Counted from the stretch's first letter, positions 1-13,531 are shown. The stretch: 64,000 nucleotides of DNA from Octopus sinensis (GCF_006345805.1 NC_042999.1:29574001-29638000), one strand, 5' to 3'. Notes: generated from the sequence alone by a model not told the origin. Translations and numbers: made by a program.

Positions 1-589
1 GATAACGGAAAATATGGCACATTACTTGTTTGTGAGGGAAGGCATAAATTATTGCATGCCTAATTGTTAACTCATTACTAGTTAATATGTGGATATTGAA
101 TCCGACGATCATCCGTTCTGTCTTTTGCAGATAATTTTATAGTTGTACATAAATGCTTAAGTACAATTTGGTTGCAACGCTAGGCGTAATATTTACTGGG
201 AAATATCATATATTAATCTGCATGCATGTTCACTCCTTTCGTTTTCTGATCCTACCGAGTGATTTCCTCTTCATATCTTTAATTATTTTTAACAGTGAGG
301 CTGCTAATATGAACTGCGGGTATTAATATTTATAGACTTCATTATAATATAGCTTTCATCTAACATACAATTGATATTTGAGGCAGGCCATCGCGTAGAT
401 TATCATACACATTTCTCCACAATTGAGACACGTCAGGTTTAGGATTTCAATTCTAGCCTGAAATACACCATCTCCATCGATGCTTGCAAAATGTAGAGTT
501 AAAATAGTTGGGCAAAGTTCAGAGGAAGATAAAGTGCGTAGTCCTATATCACTCGTTAACAGAATGAATCCTATGGACATTATTTAGAT

Positions 590-740
590 AATTTACATTA
601 TTTACGTGTGACGGATATTTGTCCTCATCGTGATTGTTGTTAAACGCTTCGGCTGATATTCCCTCCACCCTTCATCAGGTGTCTTGGGGAAATTTTGAAC
701 CTGGCTTCTCATTCCTAAGTTATTTTTCGATGCTGCTGTT
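590..740 (-). mobile_element. PLE-type terminal repeat relic with degenerate hammerhead-like motif (family A), abutting a TTC/TTA array
   Basis: Minus strand reads GACAC-CTGATGA-A-GGGTG..CAGCC-GAAGC. Homologous over about 120 nt to 14065-14190 (+). Confidence 0.6.
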
Positions 741-762
741 ATGATTAGTATTATTATTTTTG

Positions 763-843
763 TTCTTCTTCTTCTTCTTCTTCTTCTTCTTCTTCTTCTT
801 CTTCTTCTTCTTCTTCTTCTTCTTCTTCTCTTCTTCTTCTTCT

Positions 844-890
<47 letters not shown>

Positions 891-924
891 TTCTCTTCTT
901 CTTCTTCTTCTTATTATTATTATA

Positions 925-962
<38 letters not shown>

Positions 963-976
963 TATTATTATTTTTA

Positions 977-1019
<43 letters not shown>

Positions 1020-1039
1020 CATTATTATTATTATTATTA

Positions 1040-1088
<49 letters not shown>

Positions 1089-1150
1089 CATTATATTATT
1101 ATTATTATCATTGTTATTATTATTATCATTGTTATTATTATTATATTGAT
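763..1150. repeat. Compound microsatellite (TTC)n then (TTA)n
   Basis: Direct reading; explains ORFs 741..1154, 760..1149 and 957..1172. Confidence 0.98.
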
Positions 1151-1879
1151 ATGAGATCACCATGTCGCTCACATATGGTTGTGATGGAGGTGCCTGGTGT
1201 ACCTTTTATCGGACTGGTAGTGATGATGGGTATACTGGGCTTCTTATTCGGAGAAACTCCAAAATTACACATTTTCTCCTGGAAACCTACTTGTTATTTT
1301 CTAGTTATGAATTATATAGTGTGAAACATAAGGAAGACAACGTGGCATGTATCTAATACTCTAGTGTTTGTCAAGGCTAGTGGAACCTTTAATATGTCAA
1401 ATCCTGTATGAAAGCAAGTTACAAATCTCTTGTTTAGAGATACAGCGCTAATTAATCATCATGAAGTTTGTTGCTTTTGAACATAATATGGGCGTTTCAT
1501 GCAGGTTAGCATTCTTTTATGTGAAATATTATGCTTCCTTCATTACCCTTTTCAAAATCTAGCAGATGCCCAGCAATTTCGGGAAGAGGTAATCGGATTA
1601 TATCGACAGCAGTGATTAATTGGTACTTATATTATTGGCTCCAGATATAAGAAATTCCAAGTGAACATTGGTGGCATTTCATCTCAGTTAGTGAATTCCT
1701 AATAAATGCTGCTAATCATTTTGTTTGGTGAGGTACTGATTGTGTGAGCTCACCGCTTTGTTACTTATTGTAAATATTAGCTTCCATTTTAATGAAAGAG
1801 ATGATGTCGCAAGGGAAAATTTCGCTCGATCGGATCCCCCTGTCTCTCACACTAGGCGCTATATATTTTTTACTCTAAT

Positions 1880-2093
1880 GGCGGTGAGCTGGCAGGAATG
1901 TTAGCACTCCTGGCAAAATTTTTAGCGATATTTCGCGCGTCTTTACGTTCTGAGTTCAAATTCCTCTTTGGCCAACTTTGCCTTTCATCATGTCGGGGTC
2001 GATAAATTAAGTACCAGTTGGGTACAAGAATCGATCTAATCGACTGGCCCCCTTCCCTCAAAATTTGGGCCTTGTGCCTACAGTAGACAAGAA
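1880..2093 (+). mobile_element. tRNA-derived SINE (GGCGGYGAGCTGGCAG-head family)
   Basis: Head GGCGGTGAGCTGGCAG, B-box-like GAGTTCAAATTCC, body GGGGTCGATAAATTAAGTACCAGTT shared with the copy at 37100. Confidence 0.88.
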
Positions 2094-2377
2094 TATGTTT
2101 GTTACTGTGTACTTCATTAGTAATTGGATTTCTGGATATTTTCTGCAATGGATGAAGCAGTAATTCCTAATTCACCATCATGAAGCAGTGCATCATCCTT
2201 TACAGATTAAGAGAGGGCATTCCTCTGTAAAGAGAAAGTGTTCTGAAATATCCGCACTCAGGATTTTGTCACCTGCTTGATAAATTGAACTACCTTTTGA
2301 CAATTCCACAATACAGAACAATGTTTGCAAATTCATATATGTTGTTTGTACATATTGCATAGGTTAACTGAACATCT

Positions 2378-2690
2378 TTATTATTATTATGGCAGCCTCC
2401 TCGTTATCGAGTATCGCCATTGCACGAAGCTTAACTGTTACTGGTGCTGTGATCGAATGTGACTTTTTAGCCCAGCTAAAGATCTACAATGTCTTGTACA
2501 GAATTGGCAACTAAAACAGTTACCGGTAATAGCCGGCTGTAGATGTACCTGGGCTTCATGTACCTTTGAATGTCGTTTAAGTCCACCTGCCGAATTACAC
2601 TCTCTTCCACATGCCCAACAGATATGATTAGTATGGTGTGTTACACCACCACCAGTGGCCATGTTGTTACTCATCTGTCTCGCTCTATCT
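2378..2690 (-). mobile_element. 3' fragment of an RTE-like LINE encoding two C2H2-type zinc-finger motifs, with (TAA)n tail
   Basis: Minus frame gives CWAC-x12-H-x3-H and CQFC-x12-H-x4-H (GLKSHIR), stop at 2438, short 3' UTR ending GCTGCC(ATA)n. Near-identical second copy at 13164-13285. Confidence 0.7.
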
Positions 2691-3499
2691 CTACATACAT
2701 ATATACATACATACGCACACACGTACACGCTCACTAAAATAAATGTGCTTCTGTGAGTGTGTGTGTGTGTGTGTTTGTGCGTGTGTGTGTGTGAGTGTGT
2801 GTGTGTGTGTGCGTGCGCGTGTGTGTAATAAGTGCTTTCGAAAACGCTCTGAATAAAGTCGCTTGATCTGATGCAAAATTCTGTCGGAAGATGCAAGTCT
2901 GTTCAGGAGTTTCACAATAGCAATAATAGCAATAAGATCAACAAGACGTAAATTAGCAATTGCAAGTTATGTAAAAATCATATTACTCTATGCATGGCTC
3001 GTTTAGTTTCTGTCAATTCTTTTCGAACACTCTTATGATCAAAATAATTTCGGTTGTGAATTTCCCATCTTTGTAACAGATATTATCTAAATAGCTCGAT
3101 ATTTTCCAGTAATAGTTGTTTTTGATTACAGTTTGAGCTGATTTCACTAAGATTAGTCTATTCTTTCTAGCAGGTTTAATAATAGTCTAGGAGTGTTTCT
3201 TCATATTGTTATATGCAACAATATTTTATTTCACACAATGTTGAATGTGAACAGTCTTAGTTTTGATATTAGGGTAAACATTATTTCACAAACACTTTGT
3301 AGTTTTAAACCTATATATAACATTCGTACGACTATTATGTTATACTTAACTATACTTAACATTTCGAATGTAAGTTTGTAATCCTGATAGTCTATTAGTG
3401 TTTTATATATTTCTGTCACCAGGCAGCGGTGATGCTGGTCACAGCCTCGAAGATTTATAGCAGAACGAATCAACTCCAGTACATATCTGTCTCTTCACC

Positions 3500-3684
3500 C
3501 TGTCACTTATTTTATTGGCCTAACACACCACTAAGTTTAGGGTTGTAAACATATCAACGCCTGATGTCATAAGGCAGTAGGTGAAAACAACGATACAAAG
3601 ACACGTATAATTATACATATACACGCAGAGACACGCGCACACACAGGCACATACATATATTTGTACACATTTACACCCCACCAA

Positions 3685-3735
<51 letters not shown>

Positions 3736-3905
3736 CTGTCTTCTTCATGTTTCCGTTTACGAAATGCACTTACGATCGGCTAGAGGTTATAGTTCAAAAT
3801 AGCCCTTCATGGTATCACGCAGTTATACTGAACCCAGGAACATGTAGCTGCGCAGTACTTTCTTCTCGAGCAACTAAATTCTTACCACACGCGTATGGCA
3901 CTACT
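3500..3905 (-). mobile_element. Highly diverged copy of the SINE family at 6520/12691, with internal (TA)n
   Basis: Residual matches such as GTTTCCGTTTACGAAATGCAC, ACTGAACCCAGGAACATGT and TTCTTACCACAC. Confidence 0.55.
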
Positions 3906-5479
3906 ATAAACTGTGAATTATATTCCATGCACTTCGCGCCTCCAGGCTGCCAGCAATATTCAGATAATGAATAATATTGGGATCTCACTATTGAATATAT
4001 CGCATTTATTATAAATAATTTTTTAGATTAAAACATTGAAATATTCTGAAACTTACCCTCCTACTTCTTTTTGTAATCATTTATATAAAAATAAGACCAG
4101 TTCCAATTTTGTGATACGACTCGGTGACATTTTAGTTTTTGCTGATAAATTCTGGAATTATTCAACTTGTTCAACCTATAGTCATACACTCTCTTCTCTT
4201 TCGTCCACATTTTCAAATCATATTTGCGCATTTTTGTTTTATTTCAACGTAAATTATGAAATTATAAGTTATACACAGGTTGTATATTATAGGATATGTG
4301 ATACATGCGTTCAAATACTTATTTAAAGCCTTTTGACAAGCCTTCTAATTTACATCCCTTATAACTTTCGGATATATCTATCCCTTTATAAGCGACAACT
4401 GATACCTGCAGGGAAGGTTTTTGATTCATTTGTTCCAACGTAACAATTAGATTAACGCCTTCCGTCAGTTAAAGTAAAGCCAATAATTATGACAGATCAT
4501 CTAGTTTATATTCATCACTTTCCCACACTTTTTAGATTCTAAACTACTTGGACGAAACTTTAAATTCTAAATCCAGGACTATGTATTAAATATTTAAATT
4601 CTAAACGAAACTTTAAATGCTAGCAGTATGTGGAATTCCTATGGCATTTCATCTTATAATGTTATATTCTTGTATATTGTTGGTTGCAGTAACGGAGAGC
4701 ATTAAAACTTTGCTAGGTCACTCACTCGATGGTGCACTTTTTATACATAATAAGTGATATAGAACTTTTAATTTGAAAATTAAGCACTACACAATTCTGA
4801 AGTATGGTATTCATTCGAAATTAGCCAGACATATCCAGATTAATTCAAATATATTCCAATATCGAAAAACTAGATCAAATTAATTGTAACCGTTGCAATA
4901 AGCATAATTTGAGATTACATAGTATGTCGCTAGTCAAAAATATCTGTCACGCATACATTCTAATGATTTGTAAGTTATTGCCATAGTACTTATTTATATA
5001 TACGTTGTGTACACGATATTGAAATCAGCATACTTTTATGTAAGACGTTGTAGCAATTTTGTCAATTCTATATCTCTATATATTAATGCTTGTTTCTAAC
5101 ATAGGTGTCATACATCAAGATTTATGGGCGTTTTACCATTATATCAACTTTAGTATTTCGCTTGTATGATACTGAAGAAATTCGAATGGAAGGAGAAATG
5201 TTGGCTGACGATGGAGATGCAATCGAGAATATGTAAGACTTCTGCCAACTCATTATATCTACAGAAGCCTAACTAATACAAACTATATAAGTAAGTATCA
5301 TGGGGATAGCGAAAATTAGCAGCTTAATTAGAAATATTCAACGGAATTTTAATTGAATTAACAGAACAGATATGATCCATTGCTTAATATATTCATATCA
5401 CTCTATCATCATATACGTTTTGTTATTTTATCTCTCATTTATTTTGTTGCAGCTTCTTTTGTCATTTGTCCCTTCTCGT

Positions 5480-5743
5480 GACAAGTCTGGTTCATAAGGG
5501 CAGGTTACCCAGTTTCATTGGTGTATAGCTTCCCCACCTGGACTGGACGCCGGTGACTCACAGGTGAGCCGCTATAAGAAGAATGCGAGAATGTGGTGGC
5601 GAAAGAGTCAGAAGTTCGAATAAACTTCTGGCGGAGCGCCGTGGAACTTAGCTCATAAACCCAGACATCGCCCCGTCTCAGATACGCATCTGTGATCACT
5701 CAACCACGAGTGTGCTGCCCTAAACACTAAGTCAGGTACCTCC
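5480..5743 (-). mobile_element. Diverged tRNA-derived SINE
   Basis: Minus head GGAGGTACCTGACTTAGTGTTTAGGGCAGC resembles the head of the 5969-6271 copy; central GGCGAAAGAG..GCGGAGC.CCGTGGA block is shared. Confidence 0.65.
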
Positions 5744-5842
5744 AGCCATTCATTCTTAGTACCCTATCAATCTTTTTCAATTTCTCTCCCCTTCCTTCGC
5801 TCTATACACATACATATAAAAAGTGAATATATATATATATAT

Positions 5843-5876
<34 letters not shown>

Positions 5877-5968
5877 ATAATATATATATACAATAAGTTA
5901 AATAGAGAGAACCAATACCCAATATAATGATTTATTCATAATATAATAAAACGTAATATACTATAGAT

Positions 5969-6271
5969 ATCACGTGATCACGTGAGCGACCAGACCATCA
6001 GATGTTGTTACACATCGCTGGTCACAATGCGTTCGCATTGTTTTAGCATTCGAATGACTCCACCCCGCTGGCTAAGCGAGCAGGCCAACAGAAGAAAGAG
6101 TGGGAGAAAGAGTGGTGAAAGAGTACAGCAGGGATCACCCTCCTGCCGGAGCATCGTGGAGGTTTTGGGTGTTTTCGCTCAATACACACTCACAACGCCC
6201 GGTCTGGGAATCGAAACCGCGATCCTGCGACCGCGAGTCCGCTGCCATAATCACTGGGCCATTGCGCCTCC
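5969..6271 (-). mobile_element. Full-length tRNA-derived SINE with 11-bp TSD
   Basis: Head GGAGGCGCAATGGCCCAGTG, B-box GGTTTCGATTCCC. TSD ATACTATAGAT at 5958-5968 and 6272-6282. Sister copy at 47672. Confidence 0.93.
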
Positions 6272-6313
6272 ATACTATAGATGTAACATTTAAAGAAACA
6301 TTAAAAAAAAACA

Positions 6314-6398
6314 AAAAGCCAACAATTTGTTTCGACTTATATACATTTTTGATCTATAAAAAACTGACATCTATTTATATAAGTCTCTTCAGACCTCT
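6314..6398 (-). ncRNA. Hammerhead ribozyme motif, type I (family B)
   Basis: Minus: CTGAAGA, 9-bp stem II GACTTATAT/ATATAAGTC, GAAAC-AAATT-GTT. Stem I AGAGGT/GGCTTT is imperfect. Confidence 0.7.
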
Positions 6399-6519
6399 GG
6401 TTTAAAAGACGGAAACATTTATTGTGAAAGACGGCTAGATTGCCAAAAATGAATATAATAATTCAAATACCTATGTTTAGGAGCGTCTGCGTCAACGTTT
6501 CAACTCCCTCTCTTTCTCT

Positions 6520-6881
6520 TTTACTCATTTACTTGTTTCAATCATTTGACTGCGGTCGTGCTGGAGCACCGCCTTTAATCGAGCAACTCGACCCCGGGAG
6601 TTATTCTTTTGTAAGCCCAGTACTTGTTCTTGCCGAACCGCTAAGTGACGGGGACATAAAAACACCATCATCAGTTGTCAAGCAATGCTAAGGGCACAAA
6701 CACACACACGCATATACATACATATATACGACGGGCTTCTTTCAGTTTCCGTCCAAGAAATCCACTCACAAGTCTTTGGTCGGCCCGAGGCCATAGCAGA
6801 AGACACTTGCCGAAGGTGCTACGTAGTGGAACTGAACCCCCGGAACCATGTGGTTGGTAAACAAGCCACTCCTACGCCTAC
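6520..6881 (-). mobile_element. tRNA-derived SINE (GTAGGCGYAGGAGTGGC-head family)
   Basis: Head with GGTTCCGGG..TTCAGTTCCAC B-box, internal (CA/TA)n, 3' block CAGTCAAATGATTGAAACAAGTAAA. Same family as 12691. Confidence 0.9.
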
Positions 6882-7679
6882 GTAACAATTACGATTAAAA
6901 CAAAACAAAAAAATGATTACGCACAAAATAATTAAATAGAATCTATAATTATTGAAATATATTTCTATATAACTCATATAATATTAATAGAAATTCGTTT
7001 AGGTCGAAGGCAATTTTTGGTTATTTTATAGCAAACAACAACAATACGTATATACATTAAGTATTGGGGTCTTACTTACTCTAAAGACGGTAATAAAATG
7101 TGTACATAAATATAAATAAGATAATATAATATAGTATTTTATAACAAACCTGCTTTATTTAAATAAATCGATATAAGAATTATTTAGAATTTATTTACGT
7201 AGTTTATCGGAGAGAGAATTGCCTAGAAATTATTGAGTGATACTTAGAAAATTCAGTAAATTCAGTAAAAATTCGGAAGAGAGACCTATATTAATCTATG
7301 GATATAGTGTGATGCTATAATAATCCATATCAAAAATATTTCTACTTTTTTCAGATGTAACCAAATTCGAAAATACAGGATTAAGGATTATTCACAGTAA
7401 CTAAGAAGAAAATGTCCCGATATACGTATTTTAAGGAAGAGAGAACACAATTAATTAAATAAATACGATAAACAAAACGCACAAGAATACATATAATTAA
7501 TATTATTATTTTAGATAAACGACTATAAATAGTATACATCTACATTTTAATTTTTCAGAACTAAAAAAATTTGATTATCCCAATATGAATAAAAGCTATA
7601 AATTATACAATACTATAAAAAATTATTCTTCTGTTTATTAGGTTTAGTTAGTCAAATAAAACTATGCATTTATTTTTAT

Positions 7680-7699
7680 TAATATTAATATTATTATTA

Positions 7700-7738
<39 letters not shown>

Positions 7739-7995
7739 TATTATTATTATTATTATTATTGTTATTATTATTATTATTATCATTATTATTATGATCATCA
7801 TCATTGTCATCATTATCATCATCATCATTGTCATTATTATTTTAATAATGATAATAATAATAATAATAATAATAACAACAACAATAATAATAATAACAAT
7901 CATCATCATCATCAATATTATTATTATTATTATTATCATTAATTATTGTCATTATCGTTATCACTATTGTTGTTTTTATTTTTATTATTATCATG
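7680..7995. repeat. Compound TTA/TCA/TAA microsatellite
   Basis: Direct reading. Confidence 0.95.
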
Positions 7996-8444
7996 AATGA
8001 CATAATTAATTAAATGAATGCATTTGTACATATAATTATTTATATAATGTTTATATTTTATTTGTAATCTATATTAAATTGCTAATATAGTGATGTATTT
8101 TACAGTAAATAAAATAATTTGCAATAGAAAGTTTCAAAATATGTTGAATTAATCCATTGAAATATTAATTTCCCAAATTCAAAATTACTGCATAAATTAA
8201 GATGACAAAACAAATATATATATAGCTAGATACACATATGCATACACACAAACACATGCACACACAAACACACACATACTTATATACGATTATTAAGAAA
8301 AAGTCAGAATTTTTGACGAAATATTTTTATGTCTTTAATATTATTATTAGCATTTCTGTTCGTTTCAAATACATATCCATACACCTATACACATATATAC
8401 TTATACATAAATTCACACAAACACGCACACACGAATGCTCGCAC

Positions 8445-8541
8445 ACACACACACATATATATATACACATACATACATACATACATACATACATACATAC
8501 ATACATACATACATGCATACATACATACATACATACATACA

Positions 8542-8577
<36 letters not shown>

Positions 8578-8580
8578 TAC
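8445..8580. repeat. (TACA)n microsatellite
   Basis: Direct reading. Confidence 0.97.
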
Positions 8581-9189
8581 ATATATTTTATTTTATTTAC
8601 TGTGTAATCCCTTCCATAATATACCTATATCGGTGCAGGTAATTACTGTGAACGAAATTGTATGTTTACGAAATTCAATCTTGGTTACTTCTGAAACACT
8701 AGTAATATTTTGATATCCGATTTTATAGCTTGACCTGATATCTCATTTACGTTGTTGTTATTATGGTTCTAAATCACTCTTCATATTTTTTACGGAATTC
8801 TCCTTTCGATAAATTTCGTGAATAAAGAACATGTTTTTGTTAGTCACTCTAAATATTTTTTTTATATCAATAGCCTTAAAGAATGAGTTCTTATATATTA
8901 CCAATATTATACTATAATATCATTTATAATTATTTTGATGTTATATTAGCCTCTTTAGATTAAATAAGACCCTGATACTTAATAAAAATTCTCATTTTTG
9001 TAGTATATTTTTACAATACCCAAATTTTGTCTTCGATCAAAATGAATTTTATTAATAACTGAGATATATAGAAGTATATTTCGATAGTTGTAAATTCTGA
9101 TTAACTAATTATTTTCTCCGTTATAATTTTGTTCTTTTTGGTTTTAATTGTAATTGTTAAGCAATTGAAACGTTAGCTCCCACGCTACT

Positions 9190-9335
9190 AAACATTTATT
9201 TGAATAATTGTTTCTTGCAATCTAGCCGACATATCACACGGAATATCGTCTCTCCATTAAACAAAATCTAATAAGAGACTGATATCAATCAAATAATGCG
9301 TATAAGTCGAAACAAAATGTTGGCATTTCTGTGTT
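9190..9335 (+). mobile_element. Second, degenerate copy of the family B HHR-bearing repeat
   Basis: Shares TTGCAATCTAGCCG and TATAAGTC-GAAAC-AAAAT-GTTGGC with 6300-6480 (-); core decayed to CTAATAAGA. Confidence 0.6.
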
Positions 9336-9507
9336 TTCCTGTTATATTATATTACATAATATGCAATAGTATAATATAAATAAATTATTTTCCTATTATG
9401 AATAGAAACACTGTATTCAATTTCTTGTTTTTAATTCGCATTATACCAGTCAGTTGCATGTTTTACACACTCTTTTAAGGGAATATCTTTCCTTAGATTA
9501 TTAATTG

Positions 9508-9508
9508 A

Positions 9509-9565
<57 letters not shown>

Positions 9566-9584
9566 ATATATATATACATATATG

Positions 9585-9640
<56 letters not shown>
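9508..9640. repeat. (TA)n microsatellite
   Basis: Direct reading. Confidence 0.97.
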
Positions 9641-9642
<2 letters not shown>

Positions 9643-9757
9643 GCATAAATTTATATGCCTATATGTGTGTGTGTCTGATTGTGCGTGTATGTATACATGC
9701 ATAAACATAGATTGACAGACAAACACATGTGTTGATACAGTGATTGCAAAATAAATA

Positions 9758-10986
9758 TCAGGTCATCCCACAAGTTCTGTCCAAATTTTGAATAAATAAA
9801 ATAAGTATCAAATGTTATATTCAATTAAAATTTAATCATCAATAAACTTTTCCTGATTATCTATGAGTTCCTTCTGTCTAATTAGAAGCTTTTTAATCCC
9901 AATGCAAAACTCCTTTGGTTTCAAAGCGAAGAACTCTGAAAGAACAGTTTCGACCTCATCGTGGCTTGCTAAATTTATGTCCGCCATAGGATTGTGCAAA
10001 CTACTAAACACATGGTAGTCTGAAGGAGCAAAGTTATGAGAATAAAGGGGACGAATAATTGTTTCCCAACCAAGCTCTTCGATCTTCTGTGATATGATCT
10101 TTGCAGTGTAGGGTCGCGCATTGTCCTGATGAAACATCACTCCTTTTTGATTCACTAAATCAGTTCTTTTTTCCTTCAAAGCTTGGTTCAAACACTCTAA
10201 TTGCTGACATTAGACTTGAGCATTCATTTTTGCAGTAGGTGGTATCAGGTAGAGAGACGAATCTTTTTTCCATGGAGTTCCCTTCTCAGTTGTGGCTGGG
10301 CTTTTTTCCCTTTTACCAAGCCACTGTTTACGACGTTTGACATTTCGATAGGAGATCCATTTTTCGTCACCAAAGAAAGGTCTATCCAAAAATAGGTGAA
10401 ATAAGTTTTCGAGAATGGAGAGAAAAGAAGATATCAACTCGGGATTTGCGGTTGCTCTCGGACAATTCCTGAGGCACCCATTTTCCTACATTAGGAACCT
10501 TTCCAAGTCATTGAAGATGACGGTGAAAAGTTGTATAGGTTCAACTAAGCTTTTTTGCGAATTCTTCAACTGGTAAAGCAGGATTTCCTCCACATAATGC
10601 TTCACGGCGTGGACGTCCTGTTCGATCTTCATATTCAAGGCTGAAGTCTCCACTACTGAATTTTGAAAAACCATCTTCTGCAAGTTCTTTCATTCAAGCA
10701 TTCTCTCCCATAAACTGAGTATAAGTTTCTAGCCGCTTCGGCTGGAGAGTTTTTGTACTCATAAAGCATTATGTGCCTCAAATGCTCTTTGGATACTTCC
10801 ATGTTAGAAAGGGTTTTAATCAAAGTAATGTTAATTCTATTATTCTGTGAATTAATGTTTTAATTAGTTTAAATGTACACAAATGCATACAATAATTTTT
10901 AATTCCATTAGACATTCTAAAATACTATTAAATTTCATTCAATTTTAAAAAAGGTGAAATCGGACAGAACTTTTGGGATGACATGA
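9758..10986 (-). mobile_element. Full-length decayed mariner (DD34D) DNA transposon
   Basis: TIRs TCAGGTCATCCCACAAGTTCTGTCC / TCATGTCATCCCAAAAGTTCTGTCC; TA duplications at 9756-9757 and 10987-10988; about 1.23 kb. Confidence 0.93.
9832..10802 (-). pseudogene. Mariner transposase pseudogene (frameshifted)
   Basis: MEVSKEHLRHIMLYEY N-terminus, GDEKWISYRN, FHQDNARPYT, APSDYHVF. Confidence 0.9.
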
Positions 10987-11099
10987 TAATTTGGTATAAA
11001 TGTATTGACATAGATGTCAAAATATATGTTTGTGACTGATCTTTTTAAAACTGTATATCTACACCCGCACTCATTTACGTGAACGTGGCCTCGATACTC

Positions 11100-11960
11100 T
11101 CTGAAAAGTGTAATAACGCACGTTTTAAATAGAAAATTCCGTTAAAAGTGCACATGTTGGATGGATAACTCTTCCTTTGAGCGCCGACATTTTTGGTATA
11201 TTTCGAATTTCATTTTTTAAAGCCATTAAATGGTTGTATCCGTTTCTTTATTGAACCAAACATATCAAGATTGAATTTCTCTAGGTCCTAGATGTAGAGG
11301 AAAAAACTTGCACACCCAAATTTCCAGTTCCTTCATATGTTCCAAAAGACATGTGAAGAATATTGAAATACATAATATGGTTCTTCTCCAGATTTTTGTA
11401 CAGTATCTTACTCGTACTGTCTTCTCTACAGATAAGAATGTTTCCATATGCTTCTGTGGGAACTCACACATTCGGGAAATTTTAAAAAAACACGCCTTTA
11501 TCGCGACATAGATTAAAGTTAGCGTAATTTTCTACACCCATCACTGGTACTTGACCACCTTATTTACTAATGTAATAACATTCCATAGACTGTGGTTTCA
11601 ATTTCGGATTTTCAAACCACACCCAACCGTACATACCCTATCGCTAAATCAAAAATTCATCATTCTTATTGGATTAAACCGCCATGGAGGGTCAGAAGTG
11701 TTTTCTAACATTTCATCTGATACATGATGGACGAAATTCTGAGCTACCCACCTTCCAAACATATGTCTATAGGCAATTTTTCAATTCATCTTGCAATCTA
11801 TGATACCATTCGGGTGTGCACAATGGACATTTAAACGCGCAGCCTCATATACAACTAACTCTGTTGATCAGGAATTTAGCAGCGATATTTTAGTAGTTCT
11901 TATGACATATTTATCTATATCAATTGCCAGATGTTATCTTCATTCAAAATATGCATAATG
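11100..11960 (-). mobile_element. Very decayed mariner-like transposase remnant, no TIRs found
   Basis: Fragments YRHMFGRWVAQNF (cf. RKxxARWVP), WVWFENPKLKPQSME (cf. WVxxYxPExKxQS), MFGSIKK. Confidence 0.45.
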
Positions 11961-12690
11961 ATAATTTTGTATTCTACTGTATATTTTTCACAAATTATAC
12001 ATATAATGCCGCATATAGCATTCTGAAAGAAATATCTTCAATATTTTACTCATGAATATATATATATAGTATCTCCTCAGAATAATAATATTATATGTTA
12101 ATATATATTTTCTTGAAAATCTAAGAATTATTGATTCAAATTTGTAAACAATGTTAAGAGAAAAAATAGTCAATGACGTCATAGTGATTTAAATTATTCT
12201 AATTTGCTGAGAGGTTTCATTTATTCATTGATTTTTGGCAGCATGTCTTGCATTATAAATATACTTTTGTAGATACGACTTTTCGCTTCTTTATTATAAC
12301 AATAAGACAAATCGATTCAACACATAAGGTTTGCGACTAATGAAATGCAGTTTTATAACCTGCGGTATGTTTAATTTGATAGAGAGGTGGGATGGAGAAA
12401 ATTTATTTAGTTTTTTTCATAATCCGTGCAATAAATAATGCAGCTGTTGTATTACAAAATATAGATCATATCCTTAAAAACACAAGAGTGATACATAAAG
12501 TATTATTAAGTGTACAAATGAATTGTTAGATATCAAATTTTCTGGAAATACTAGACAGGTGTAAGTCGAGTCGATTTATCTGATACAAAAAAACAAAATT
12601 TCTTGATTCATAATATGGTTAAGGTTTAACCGAAAACAATGAGATACATTTGACACTACCAATGCCTGCCAACATGCATGTATATATTAC

Positions 12691-12914
12691 TTTTACTTAC
12701 TTTTAATTTTACTTGTTTCAGTCATTTGACTGCGGCCATGCTGGAATACCGCCTTTAGTCGAGCAAATCGACCCCGGGAATTATTTTTTGTAAGCCAAGT
12801 ACTTATTCTGTCGGTCTCTTTTGCCGTACCGCTAAGTGACGAGGACGTAAACACACCAGCATCGGTTGTCAAGCAATGCTAGAGGGACAAACACAGACAC
12901 ACAAATACACACAA

Positions 12915-12963
<49 letters not shown>

Positions 12964-13065
12964 CATACGACTGGCTTCTTTCAGTTTCCGTCTACCAAAT
13001 CCACGCGGTGGGACTGAACCCGGAACCATGTAGTTCATAAGCAAGCTACTTACCACACAGCCACT

Positions 13066-13070
<5 letters not shown>
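12691..13070 (-). mobile_element. tRNA-derived SINE (6520 family) with internal (TA)n expansion and internal deletion
   Basis: Aligns to 6520-6881; about 60 nt missing between AAATCCAC and GCGGTGGGAC. Confidence 0.9.
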
Positions 13071-13161
<91 letters not shown>

Positions 13162-13163
13162 TA

Positions 13164-13285
13164 CAATTTTGTACAAGACATTGTAGATCTTTAGCTGGGC
13201 TAAAAAGTCACATTCGATCACAGCACCAGTAACAGTTAAGCTTCGTGCAATGGCCATACTCGATAACGAGAGGGTAGCCATAATA
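13164..13285 (+). mobile_element. Short 3' fragment of the same RTE-like LINE as 2378-2690
   Basis: About 120 nt, roughly 95% identical by eye to the reverse complement of 2385-2507. Confidence 0.85.
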
Positions 13286-13311
13286 TATATATTCTAGGCA
13301 GTGACCTGAAT

Positions 13312-13321
13312 ATTATTATTA

Positions 13322-13363
<42 letters not shown>

Positions 13364-13433
13364 TATTATTTATTATTATTATTATTATTATCATTATTAT
13401 TATTGTTAATATTATTATTATTTATTATTATTA

Positions 13434-13473
<40 letters not shown>

Positions 13474-13499
13474 TATTATTATAATTACTATTATTATTA

Positions 13500-13531
<32 letters not shown>

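Noticed and set aside
2438-2896. 152-aa ORF as a host C2H2 zinc-finger gene
   Set aside because: The N-terminal half is (GT)n-derived, and the 3' end has a retroposon tail and a dispersed second copy.
5505-5699. GC-rich ORF as an exon
   Set aside because: Explained by a diverged SINE on the minus strand.
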